From Geosiphon pyriformis uo1 (lineage: Eukaryota; Fungi; Glomeromycota), in NCBI GenBank assembly GCA_016748015.1, contig JAAOMT010000684.1, forward strand, positions 1 to 64,000: a stretch of 64,000 bases of DNA, written 5' to 3'. The notes under the pieces were generated by a model that saw only the letters and a list, made by a program, of their open reading frames with translations, was not told the origin of the DNA and did no database searches. The position numbers and the translations under genes were made by a program. Positions 51,728 to 64,000 of this stretch are shown here, piece by piece (position 1 is the stretch's first letter; the number at the start of each line of letters is the position of its first letter).

Positions 51728-52913
51728 TTTATTTTAATGTTTTTTAAAGATTGCTAGAAAGATCTTTTTCAAGAAATTACATGAACTAAATAGTATCAGT
51801 TGACAGAAGGGTGCTAGAATAAATTTTAGCGATTTTTAATTTTTATCTCTTAGAAGCTATTTTTTCTTTACTGCAATATGTAAAGATTTCAGTCAACCTG
51901 TTGAAATTCCGAGGGACTTTTTTCTTTAGAATACGGGTTCGTTTTTCTTTTTTTGAACTTTAGGCCTAAATATTTTTTATGACGTTTTTTACATAAGCGA
52001 AAGTTTAAAATATTGGCGTTTCTCTTCCTCGAATGGGGGAGAGTCGTACACAAGATCAAACCTTTGCATCATCAAAAATGGCTTTGATAAGATAACGTGC
52101 AATATTTGTATACTAACCTTAAAAAATCAAAGAGATAGTAAAAAACTTGCTATTTCGGGATAAAAGTTTAATTTTTTTAAAATGTATAAAGAAGCTCAAT
52201 TTATTGCCAAAATATGTAAACGCATGCTTGTGCTCTGTTTTTTTTTGAAATTTTAACTACTTTTGAGACCTGATAAATTTATTTAGTTTAAAATCTATAT
52301 CCTCGAAAGTTAAAGACGAAAAATTGTGGATGAATATAGATATATTATAAGCTTTGATTGCTCATTGGTTTTGACATTATTAATGTGTGCAAATGTTTTA
52401 TCCTATTTTAACTAGAGTGGAGGCAAATAACTAAATACCTGTTTACCATGCCTGTTATTCTTCAGAACGACAAAAGGAAGAATCAAAATGGTATTTTCCT
52501 TTATGAAAAAATACGTCATTTAAATTTAAATTGAGACTGCACACTTGTTATTTACTGCAAAAGGAATTGACAACTTTTAACACTGATTCATTACATCAAG
52601 AGCATTTTTTAACAAAGCATTCTAATAACTTGGGAGCAACTCTTTTAATCTTTTTAAAAAGTGATTTTGGTTTTCGTCTCGATTTCTGCAGCTTTAGTAT
52701 TTTTGATAGCTTGATGCTCACCAAGAAATTGTTATAAACTTGTTGGTTTGATTATAAGTGGATTTTGATATTTTTTATAATTCTAAAATTGAATTTAGCA
52801 CCATGAATCTCGTTTACCATTAGAAAAACTTAACATTAATTTTTAAGGATTATATCATCACGAATAGGAGTGTCCTTTGTGGACATGACTCTTGAACTAA
52901 GCAAATAAATGAA

Positions 52914-53198
52914 TTATTGTAGATTATGTCGTAAGAAGCTTTTATTTAATTTCTTCCAATGACATCTTTTATCTCTCAAATTTCTTCCCGTTCCCCATAA
53001 ATTGTAAAAATCTTGATCATTGTTCGTATTTTCTTGGTTGAATCCAACAATTTCATTAAAACCTGCTGCTTCGAATTGAAAATCATCAAATTCTGGCAAT
53101 GTTTGTGTGTTTAAACTGATCATGGATGGAGAAGTGATGGATGTTTTTAACAAATGGACAATGAAGAAAATTATGTTGATTAAATGAGATCTTTTCAT
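52914..53198 (-). CDS. Possible small secreted protein or 5' remnant of a pseudogene
   Basis: MKRSHLINIIFFIVHLLKTSITS looks like a signal peptide, followed by an acidic segment and a KR site. Confidence 0.3.
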   Translation of the reverse strand: MKRSHLINIIFFIVHLLKTSITSPSMISLNTQTLPEFDDFQFEAAGFNEIVGFNQENTNNDQDFYNLWGTGRNLRDKRCHWKKLNKSFLRHNLQ

Positions 53199-54598
53199 CG
53201 TTGAATTTAGCATATAACTTAAGAGTGATTTTTTAAAGCATTAAATACCTCACCAAAAATTTTATCGTGCAGCTTATATGTCATAAAAGGCTCCCAAGAA
53301 ATCTTGTAAATCAACTTGGCAAGATTAAATGAATGATATACTGATTGTACATGTAATTAGAGAAATTTAGTAAATACAATATTTAATTCATTAAATTTTT
53401 ACATATCAAACGAAACTAGTTTCTTTTAACCTAATCATGGCAAAAGACATAAATTGAAACGAATGAAAAAGCCCTCAAATATCATTAATATGATTAGGAC
53501 ATAATTCTTTATAATAAATCAACTCCAAATAAGACCAATTAGTCATTAAAAATCTCAATCTCGGATATGCAAAAGTTCTTTTTCTTTTTTGACTCACTTT
53601 AGGAAAAAGCTATTTAAGTTTCTTCCCGTCAGAGATTTCGGTCATTAACAATAATTGTCATCCATTAGAGAATCTCATCAGTATAAACTCAATATCAAAT
53701 TCAAACTTCTAGAAAATCAGGCACAAGAATAATTGAACAGAAAAATTTTTAAAAAAAACGAGTTTAATTTATTGAAAAAATTGAGCTTCGACCGCAAAAA
53801 TGTTTTGGAAATTCTATTTTAAAAAAAGAAAGAAAGTTGAAATTTAATTTCTCATTACTGCAAAAAAATTTCCGAATATAAATTTATTTGTTTAAATATT
53901 GATTTCAATTAATTCTCTTTATTCATGTTTGAATAATTTTACAATAAAAGTACTTTGCATTCAAAGGTACACAGCTTTTTTATCTCTGATTATTTTTTTC
54001 TTTTAAAATAATAGTAGCTTTTCAATCAATTATGCTGAATAATTTTATAAAGAACTGTTAATTATTAATCTAAGTAGCATTTTAATTTACTATATTAAAC
54101 TTTTTGATTATTAAATATTTATATTAAAGATAAATATTTTTTAAAAAATTTTGCACATGTGAATGTATAAATTTTTAATTATACATATATTTTTATTTAA
54201 ATTGGTATAAAAAAAATTTATTTGGTTTTTTGTCAAATAAAATTTTTTCACATTTAAGAAAAAATTTTCAAAGCATTTGATAAATAGTTTGAAAGAATTA
54301 AGTATAAGTAAATTTATTTATTTTGTGTAAATATTTTACAAAAATAAGTTTTGAAATTTTATTTGCTCATCTTTTTCCCACATGAGGCATATTACAACAA
54401 AAATCAGACTGCGAATACATGAATGCCAATTTTTATTGAAGTCATCAACCAAAAACAGGGAATTTTGCCCGCTACTACAAATGTTTCCAAGATAATTATT
54501 TTGTAATCGCATTTCAGAAAAATTCATAAAGACCTTGATTGTTCAATAGCGAAAGGATCAACTGAAGAAAAGATGTATGTTGAACACCTAACTCAACT

Positions 54599-54890
54599 TT
54601 ACAAGGCAAATTTAATTTCATTTGACTCCTGCGTGACAAGCACTTGAGGATCTGCGTGTTCGTTGGTCCTTTCAAATATTACAATACGATATCCAGCAAA
54701 AGCTGAATGATCTTTGACATTTGATGCAGTATGCGGGATTATGATGAACATGGCGGAGCTTTGGTAGGAACAACCAAAATAACACTTGAACTGACAATCA
54801 AGACATTTGAGAGTTTGCTTACATTTGTGAAATTCCCTATTTATGAAAAAGCATGTCCCAAAAGGAATCAGCACTTTTCACTGTAAAGGC
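54599..54890 (-). pseudogene. Exon remnant with a degenerate C1-like Cys-rich motif
   Basis: Acceptor ctttacag followed by HKCKQTLKCLDCQFKCYFGC, which resembles the C1 half-motif LKCxxCxFxCHxxC with H>Y. Flanked by AT-rich relic blocks. Confidence 0.25.
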
Positions 54891-55699
54891 AAAAAAAGGT
54901 TAGAAGATTTGTATTTATTTTTATACAACATAAATATTTATCCAATTTTTCTCTGCAATGAGCAAAAAAAAGCAACGCGCCCAGCCACGTTTAACAAACA
55001 AATTACCTTATTTTAACGAAGAATATAAGAAATATGAAGAAATATAATTAAAGAGAAACCATTTTGGCCCAAGTAGAAGAGCTGATATAATATATCATTA
55101 TTTTGCAATAAAAGTTTTTAATCAATTCAAACTATCATAAAATTTATAGCCAAGTTATAAAATTATATATTAATATTTATAATATTTACTATTTATCAAA
55201 ATTTAAATAAATCAAAAAGTAAACATGGTTTTCTTTTCTTTTTTTTAACAACTAAATCAAATGAATTTTTAATAGATTCGCTTATATATAGACTAAAAAT
55301 ATATATATTTCATAAGATATTTTATTTAAATAAGACACATATACACTTTGTTATTCAATTATAAAACTTAATGTAAAACAATGTTCGAATACTTTTTGAT
55401 ATTTTGTGAATTTGATATTTTGTTAAAATAGTTTTAATTTTATTAAATAAGTTTCTGGCTTCTTATGAACTTGATAATAAATATTATTGGCAAAAAATAT
55501 TGAAAAATATCATATAAGTTTATGATTTGCATTTGTGAAGTTAATTAATTTATAATTTATATGGAAAAGTATTTTTTTCAAATAACACAGTTTATTGAAG
55601 TAAGATATACATAAGATTATCACTATATATTTTAAAATAATCATGTGAAACTTATATGCATTCCCTGAATAACAAAATGCTGCTTATTTCTTCAAATTA

Positions 55700-56714
55700 G
55701 CAGATATTCGTGCTGTTTACAATTATTTAAACAAAGAAAAACTTATCTACGAAAAAAAACGACCATTATAAACTTTCCAAGAGTCGAAAAAGAGACGATC
55801 ATTAAAAAAATAAGTAAAAATAAGATTGGATTAGATTAAAAGACTAAATTAATATCCTGTCGTGAATACCTAAAACAAAATTACCAGAACAAAATGAATA
55901 ACCAATTAGTTATGGCATGCCTGGTCAATGATTATAGTATACATTAATAATTTAGATCAAACTGGGAACTTCACTCCTCATTTGCCTTTTTTAAGAAAAT
56001 GGATTTATTTCATAATCCTGAACTAACTTTTCTTTGCCTGAATAATAATAAGTTAAACCCAGAATCCTAAACTGAATGCTTCACTTGTTTATAATAATCA
56101 GCTAACTAGTTTAAATACTAATGCTAATCCAGAAATCTCTGTACATAAACCCTTCCTTTGGAGGAAACTTGTATGTTAGTCATCTTCCCAAATCAATCAA
56201 TCTTGATTATACTAAGCTAGAAGATTTAAGGCTGAATAACCACTTTGAGTCCCCAAGTCACTCCAATTAGGAATTGAGCTTTTCTACTAAACTGACTGCT
56301 GATATTTATGATAAAGACCTCGAAAAATATTTATCAAAGGAAAGAAAACCTTCGCTGGTCCAAAAAAAAGTAACGGACCTTGAACAGCCCGGAAAAGATG
56401 ATAAAAAAAGAATCAAAAAGACCAATCAAAGAAAAGAGATGTCGCTCAATAATTACTTAGCCAATGAGTATATAAAACTCCGAAAAAGAGAGCAAGAGTG
56501 GAAGCAAGGAATCCGGAAAGGGGAGAAAAGATGGAAGATCTCCGCTCTCACATTACAATTAAACTTAGTGCAAAAGAACCTAACATTCGCGATAATGACA
56601 TTACCAAATTTACTCAAATTAGATGTTACTTATAACTTCCAGGTTGAAACACTTTGTCTTGATTACACTGAATATGATTCATTTGAGTCTTGGCACCTAA
56701 AGTCTTTAATATAG
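55700..56714 (+). pseudogene. Decayed reading frame, possibly Myb/SANT-like plus coiled coil (transposon-derived?)
   Basis: The 56274 ORF extends upstream past a single stop. Broken fragments such as LDQTGNFTPHLPF / FKKMDLFHNPE and a charged helical tail. The family call is weak. Confidence 0.2.
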
Positions 56715-57374
56715 CTCTTTAAATTCATAGCAACTGGCAACTAATTTCAAAATCATTACTGAAATCTAGAGTTCAAGAAACAGTCAAAACATCCAATAAT
56801 GAACAGAGGTCAAATTTGAGAAGAGTTAATTTAAGAGATTGTAAACATTAGACAGGATCTTGAATTTTTGGGTTTAAAAAGGTTAAGACGAGAAAGGGAT
56901 GATCTTTAATTTAAAATACTTCAATTGCAAATTTTCCTAATATAGAAAAGAATGGACTAAAGGGATACGATTATTTAAAAATCAATATTTAATGCAAGGC
57001 TTAAGTGTTTATATTATTATAGTCTATTTTAAGCGTTGCAAGATCCTTTCCCAGTTGTCAATCCAATCATCGAGAGTCTCAAAAGTGTTATGCGTCCGGC
57101 AGATCAAAGCTTTAATGAAAGCGAGCCCCGAAAAAGGTCCAAAGATCAACACAAGATCACGGCTTGCGCTACATTGATAGATGGGTTCTTAAAACCATAT
57201 ATATATAAACTGGTAATTTCAAGTTTGTCAAACCACATGGTTTATCATATATATGCCTTGCCTCACCGCAATAACTTAGTTTCCAAATTATCTGGTTTTT
57301 TTTATGTCGCTTAAATTAAGGGTTCAAGTAAGATTAACAAGACCTCTAAAAATAATTTTTCGCCAACCTTTGAC

Positions 57375-58523
57375 ATGTCACACGATCGAACAAGTCCAAT
57401 AACTTCCGTACATAATGAAGAGAGAACTTTCACCTATAGCTGGACTATTCCTGGCTTTCAAGATTTAGTCCGACGAGTGCCAACTGGTTATTTTTTGTAT
57501 AGTGACCTTTTTTGGTCACCATATGATGATGAAGCATCAGATTTCTTGATATCAGCTAACAGAGATTTAAGGCATTCATGGAGATTGCGTATGTATCCAC
57601 GGGGCTATGACGAACGATATAAATCTTACCTCTCAGTGTACCTCGAAGGTTTTCAAACACAATATGAAAAAGAAAATAATTTGACTAGGCAAAAAGAATT
57701 TGAATTAGAACTCTATCGTATTCGAAATGATGGTGATAATATGGGTACAGCTCCAATCTTTCTTGCCTGTCTAAAGCGTTCCTCCCAGACTTTTAATTTC
57801 AATAACGTTATTAATTGCGGCCAGCACCAATTTTGTTCACTCGAAAATATATTTCCAAATCATGATCGAAATATTAACACCTCTTTAATAATCCGGGTTC
57901 GCATCTTTGAGAATACGGCAATTAAATTGCCGAGTTCACAATTTCGGCAGTCACCCCCGGTCGGAACTTCCCAGCAAATCGTTTTACCACCAGGATTTGA
58001 TGCATTTTTTGGTGATGAGCGTCTAGCTGACGTGGAATTTTTATTCGATTGTGGTACTAAAATCAAATCTCATCGGATTGTGCTTGCAGCCCAGTCTTCA
58101 TATTTCAATACCTTGTTGTTAGGTGGATGGAAAGAAGCCGAAATGGAAACGATTCCAATCAAGGACACCGATCACAAAGCGTTTCGATCTCTGCTGTATT
58201 ATTTCTACAATGGTAAAATCGAAAGAATCTCAAATGTAGAGTTACTGATTGGAGTTTATACTCTGGCAGATAGATTTGGGCTTCAGGCAGTTGCTTCTAT
58301 GGCTACCGATCAGATAATCGGGTTATTAAATGAAGAAAATTGGGATGAAATTTTATTGCTTGGCTGGCATACTTGTAACACGGGAATGAAGCAAACTGGA
58401 ATTGAATTTGCAGCAAACAATTGGACAAATGTGAAAGAAAGTGACAACACAAAGAGGATTCTCCAATCGCAGGATATAAATTTGGTGGAAGAATTAATGT
58501 CAGGCGTTTTCTTTCACCGGTAA
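57375..58523 (+). CDS. MATH-BTB (SPOP-like) cullin-3 adaptor, 382 aa
   Basis: MATH: FTYSWTIPGF..WRLRMYPRG..YLSVYL..LIIRVRI. BTB: ADVEFLFDCGTKIKSHRIVLAAQSSYFNTLL..AFRSLLYYFYNG..LADRFGL. BACK-like tail. Confidence 0.93.
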   Translation: MSHDRTSPITSVHNEERTFTYSWTIPGFQDLVRRVPTGYFLYSDLFWSPYDDEASDFLISANRDLRHSWRLRMYPRGYDERYKSYLSVYLEGFQTQYEKENNLTRQKEFELELYRIRNDGDNMGTAPIFLACLKRSSQTFNFNNVINCGQHQFCSLENIFPNHDRNINTSLIIRVRIFENTAIKLPSSQFRQSPPVGTSQQIVLPPGFDAFFGDERLADVEFLFDCGTKIKSHRIVLAAQSSYFNTLLLGGWKEAEMETIPIKDTDHKAFRSLLYYFYNGKIERISNVELLIGVYTLADRFGLQAVASMATDQIIGLLNEENWDEILLLGWHTCNTGMKQTGIEFAANNWTNVKESDNTKRILQSQDINLVEELMSGVFFHR

Positions 58524-60257
58524 AAATTCCTTCCGATATCACTCAAAAGTATTTAAGCATTCCATAAATCTACCTGATTATGGGCGATTAAATTAGTTCA
58601 CGACAATTGGCTCCCGAATTTTAAAAACAAAAGTTCGTTTTACAGATATAACTTTTTGAGTTCAGCCCTTTTTTTACATAGCTGAGCTGAATCTATGATA
58701 TCTTCTATAGTGAAGTGTTTTTTTGATGAATTCTCTTTGGGCTAAAGAGATTCCTATTTAATCCAATTGTAGCTCTCGAAACCTTCAAACTAAAATTTGG
58801 TCTGTATTATGAAAGGATTAATTATTTTTCTCTCTCAAAAAAATTAGTTTGTTAGCTTAAAAATTTTATTTTAGTATTCCTGCATACTTACATCAAGTCA
58901 ACACAAAGGAATCGTAAAAATAAAGTTTGGAATTCTACATGTTCGAGTATATTGGATTGATGTATATCAGTCGAAGTTCGAAAGTTCCTGCCCAAACAAG
59001 ATTATGCCAAATCGATCATTACTGAAAAAAGGTCGAATTTTGATTTTTACCATCGAAATTTTCTAAAACGTTTAATAATATTGTCCTTTTTTTTATTAGC
59101 GGGGTGAAAGGAAGGTTCGGTTTTAGCGAAATATTTGTGAAGAAATAACAATTCCTAGTTCAAACCATTTAATAAATTAATGTATTCGTCATGACTGGTC
59201 TTAAAATGATTGTAAAATTGTATTTATTGCAAGATCCATCCTGACATTGTATAGATATGGTAGTCTTTGACGAAAACACAGGAATCTATTTAAAAACTCA
59301 AACTTCCCGTGATAATATATAACTGTAAATAGATTGCCTCTGATATGTATTTAGATTTTTAGAGGCAAATGATTCATTTTTATTTTATAATTTAATGCTG
59401 GAAAGGTTTGAATTGCACGCTTTGATTCTCTCGGGATTTTTTAATCGGGAATAATATTTTCATCATTACCTAGCATTCTTCAATTTCAATAAATTTAAAT
59501 GTCTATCACAAAAAGATGCTTTTTTTAATGCTCTCGCCAAACGGGAAAAATTGATCATATCCTGGTTTTCAATATATCGGCAATTAGATTATCAGGTGAA
59601 TATTTCCTGAAGATCGTAAGAAGTCAATACTTGAAATTCTAGCAACACTCAAAAGATATCGAAAGAGCGAAACTATAAATATCAACTAGGATTTTTAAAA
59701 AGTATTTATGATTATTTCGATTTACACATATTTTAGAGAAAAATTTGGGAATCACCAATTTAAGCAAGTTAAATTCAAAGGGCTATTTTGAAGAGCCTTT
59801 TTAATGTGACAGCTGAAAATTTTTAAATTTTTTAGAGTTGAAAAAAAGGTTTTGTTTCCTATTAGCCATTCCGACTATTTAAACATCACGCCTAACTTCT
59901 TCGGCGACAGCTTTGAAAATTTAAAACTTGATTTTTTAATTTTGAAAGATTGTGGGATGTATATATTTCTGAATTCCCTTTTTTGGGCTAGAATTTTTGC
60001 TTTTGATTATTTATTCTGGATCATTCCGAAATTCGAGTTCGTTTTTCTCGAAAGTGATCTCATGTGACCTTTTGAATATTGGGTCATGACTTTTTTAGCC
60101 TAATAAAAGATGACCAAAACGATATTTAATTTTTATTCAAGTTTTTTAAATCCTAAAGAAACCCTATAATATATATATATATATATAATTTTACCATTTG
60201 CTTAACATATTTACAACTAAAAATCCAAGAATTTCCCTTGTCCTTCTACAAATCTTT

Positions 60258-63210
60258 CTAACCGTCATCATCAGATTCATCAGATTCATCATCTTCAACT
60301 ATGTGCTGCTGAGCTTGAGACCGCATTAACATTTTAATCTCTTCCATCGCTTGCTGGGCATGCTTATTCGATTTATCAAGCAACTGAATTTTTGCCAAGT
60401 CAACTAAAGCTTTTTTAAACTGCCCTTGCTGCCGAAGTATGATCGCATGTTCCATTAAACCAAAAATATTATTTGGTTCTTTCTTGAAACTCTCTTCCAA
60501 ATCCAATAAAGCCTCAGGATACCTGCCGAGAACCCTATAAACACTAGCCCTATTTAATAAGGCTTTCCTTTGATACGATTCATCAAAATCATCTTCAGGA
60601 TGGTAACTAATTACAAGGTCAAAATCTGATAATGCTTCTTTATATAATTCCATTGATCGGAATAGTGCACCACGTGATGCTAATGGGAACCAATGTCCAG
60701 GCTTAATGGATAAACTCTTGTCGAAATCTTTGATAGATTTGTCATAAAGACCTAAAGCATGATTCACTTCCCCGCGATAACAAAGGGACCATACGTTTCC
60801 CGGCTCAAGTTGCAAAGCTTTGTTGAGATCAACTAACGCTTCTTCGTATCTTCCTCTTAAGTAATAGATATTCCCACGACATCGTAAAGCAAATGCATTA
60901 TATCCATCCAAATCCAAAGCACGATCCAAGTCTGTTATAGCATCATCTAGTCGATGCAAAGATTGATAAACTTTACCACGTGTGCATAAAGCGAAGGTAT
61001 CATTTGGTTCTTTTTTCAAGGCATCTGAAAGATCGGCTAAAGCATCAGCGTAAAAGCCTTGCATACGATAAATGTTGCCGCGAATTCGAAGAGCAAATGC
61101 GTTATCTGAGTCCAGAGAGATGCATTTATTTAGATCGGCGAGGGCGAGATCATACTGACCAATCATGCGATACGAGGCCCCACGGATTCGAAGAGCAAAC
61201 TCATTATTCGGTTCAATCGCGATAACACGATTAAGGTCGGCGATTGATTGTTCGTATAGACCTACCATTCGATAAACTTCACCACGATTTGCCAAAGCAA
61301 ATGTGTTATGATTTTCATTTTCAATAACCTAAAAAATTATAAAAAGCTTTATTTCGACTAGAATTGGTAATTTAAAATCATTTACTTAAAACCTATATTC
61401 TTTCATTTAATTACCTTGTTCAAATCTTTTAATGCACTATCGTATTGGCCTATCATTCGATAAACTTCACCACGATTTTTTAGTGCGAGGTTGTTTTCGG
61501 GTTCCAAAGCCAATGCCTTAGCTGAAGAGAAAATATTAAATTTCATAACATTAATAATTGCATCCATGCCCGCCTTGTGTACAGTAACAAGTTAATAATA
61601 CCTAGATCAGACAAAGAATCATCAAATCTTCTCAATGACTGATATATTTCAGCTCTATTCAAGATAGCATTGATGTTAATAGGCTCTATGGTCAATGCCT
61701 TATCGATATCAATTAAAGCTTCCTCAGGCCGATTTGTCAATTGGTATATTCTACTTCGTGTTTTCAAAGCCAAAGAATTTTTTGGATTAGATTTTAAGAC
61801 CTCATTTAAATCAATCAAAGCCTCCTCATAACGATTCAAGGCGAAAAAGACTCGGCCACGTGTTCGTAATGCAAATCCATTATCGGGTTTCAATTCGAGT
61901 GCTTTGTTAAGATCAATTAAGGCTTCTTCATATCTTTCTAACATATAATAAAGCCTACCACGGATTCTAAGAGCGAAGGCATTATTTGGTTCTATCTCTA
62001 AGGCGATGTTAAAATCTTGCAAAGCCTCGCCACATCGACCTCGAATATAATAGATTTGTCCACGTGTACGAAGTGCGAATACGTCATTGGGCTTCAATTC
62101 GAGTCCCCTACTCAAATCTTTCTCTGCCTTTTCATAATTTTGTAAATATTCGTAGATTCTTCCACGTGTGATCAAAGCAAATGAGTCTTCAGGATTCAAT
62201 TCCAAAGCTCGATTTAAGTCTGTCAAAGCTTCTTCGTGTCTTTGAAGGCTGCGATAAATTTCACCCCTGTTGGCCAAGGTTGGCGCATCGTTAGGCTCCA
62301 ATTGTAAAGCTACCTCCAAATCAGCCAATGCTTCTTTATTTCGATTCAATAAACGCAAAACACCACTGCGATGACGTAAAGCTTCAATTTGAGTGGGAGA
62401 AATCTCTAGAGCATGATTGAAATCGACTAAGGCTTTCTCATTATCTTTTATGAGGCGATGAATGCTTCCGCGATTTATAAGTGAAATGGTATTGTCAGGA
62501 TCGATCTGAAGGGCGTTATTGTAACATGATAAAGCGTTGCCATATTGATGATTTGCATTGTAGGCGTCAGCTAAGTGGTTGTAAATTTCTGTATTTGTTT
62601 GATCATAGTGAGCTGCTCTCGTAAGGTCAGCTACGTTATCAAAAATTTTAAAAAAAATTAAAAATTAAAAAGTTTATAACGGATTGAATCCTTCCTAACA
62701 TTATTTCGTTTTAAAGGTAAATAAAATCAATGAATTTTTGAATGAAAAATTGATTATCATACCTATTGCCTTTTCATAATGTCCAAGTTTAAGATAAACC
62801 TCACCACGAGAATGCCAAGCAAATGAATCATCTTCAATTTCTAACGAGTCGTTCAAATCTTTTAAGGCCTCTTCATATTTTCCCAACACACTATACACGC
62901 TTCCACGACTTCCTAGAGCTTTCGCGTTCCTGGGCTCAATAGATAAGGTTTGATTGAAATCTTTCAAAGCATTTTCAAATTCATCCAAATTATGGTACAA
63001 ATCCCCCCGAGTCCTGAGTGCATGTACATTATAGGGGTCGATTGAAATCGCTCTGGATATCTTCGCTAACCCCTGATCATTGTTTCCTAGCATCGCATAA
63101 ACATAACCTATATCAGTGAGTACTTTTGGATTATTTGGCTCCTGCGTGAGAAGTGTGTATTTTTCAGCTAATGTTTTTTCAAGTGTAGATGGTTTTGGGC
63201 TTATTGACAT
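60258..63210 (-). CDS. Long tetratricopeptide-repeat protein (~884 aa, 4 exons)
   Basis: Exons 63210-62763, 62630-61602, 61521-61415 and 61328-60258 total 2655 nt in frame. About 24 consecutive TPRs (ALxxRGxxYxxLxxYEEALxDLNKALELxPxN) and an acidic tail. Confidence 0.92.
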
Positions 63211-64000
63211 ACGACGAGTTGAGGTATGTGAGGCAGTTGTGCATTTTGTTGTTGGCCTTGATTGATCTGACAGGCGAGAAAGGGAAGATAGCGACGCAGT
63301 GGTCGAACTTTCGGCTTCCTTTTGTTATCATTTTCAAAGAATAGAATAAAGTTTTAATTTATAACAAGTTATGGATGGGCAATTTATTGAGGTTTGGAAA
63401 ATGTTATAGATTTTCAAATAAATCCAAAAATTTGAGAGATGCAAAAAGGAATCAAGTTAGTAATTTTTTCAAGGTGAATATTATTCAAAAATCAACTTAC
63501 ATCTTCTGGTTGATGTTGGTAGATACTCATTTGCCGATTTAGTTCCATAATATCCTTTAATCAAATGTTTATTGCATAAATCTCTTTGAGGTAAAAATAA
63601 CAAACTCAAGGCTATATTTCGAAGATATTAATTGGAAAATTGTGCTTTATTAAGGTTCTCAAGAATCTTTTATAGAATCAAGGAATATATTTCTAACCTG
63701 TTTTCTTTAAGATATATGATTAATTCCTTTAAGTTGTCTTTGAACACATTAAAAAAATTCTCCTTTATGATTCAAAAAAGGCTGAAATTTACTATGGGCC
63801 AAATGAAATTTGATTTTGAAAATAACAGAAGGTAATTAAAGTTCACAGTCCAGGAGTCGGCCAAAATAATTAAAAATTTTCTTTGCTAAAACAAAATGAT
63901 CTCAAGACCAATTTTGGGGAAGCACACAAGTCTATGCCATATTTTAAGAATGATGGCTTAGTTCGGTAGTAGGCTGTGTTTTAGTTTAGATTGTCAGATG

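Noticed and set aside
60660-62170. Repeated CCACGTG E-boxes in the TPR gene
   Set aside because: Explained by recurring (T/S)RG codons of the TPR consensus.

Overview
AT-rich, intron-containing eukaryotic DNA. The gene content is typical of early-diverging Mucoromycota, most consistent with a Glomeromycotina / arbuscular-mycorrhizal-type fungus (inference). Intact genes, several reconstructed by hand from GT-AG introns: two tandem paralogous bHLH transcription factors, a GPR1/FUN34/YaaH (AceTr) transporter, a protein with a BTB-like C-terminus, three Sel1-like-repeat genes, a 9-exon ~1138-aa single-pass receptor-like kinase, a protein with a PB1-like C-terminus, a MATH-BTB protein and a ~884-aa all-TPR protein. 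The kinase has a Kelch ectodomain, a TM helix, a non-RD kinase domain and an extra C-terminal domain. Three pseudogenes are mostly or entirely missed by the ORF track: a PHO84-type phosphate transporter, a fourth Sel1 copy and a GPCR-like gene. Other features are several blocks of roughly 12-15% GC that look like hypermutated TE relics, a 1215-bp duplication across an assembly gap (probably an artefact), and a 433-bp GC-rich element. That element is bounded by 42-bp inverted repeats, and its interior folds into nested helices. The two best leads are the Kelch-TM-non-RD kinase receptor and the 433-bp foldback element. All family calls are by motif recognition; no database search was run.
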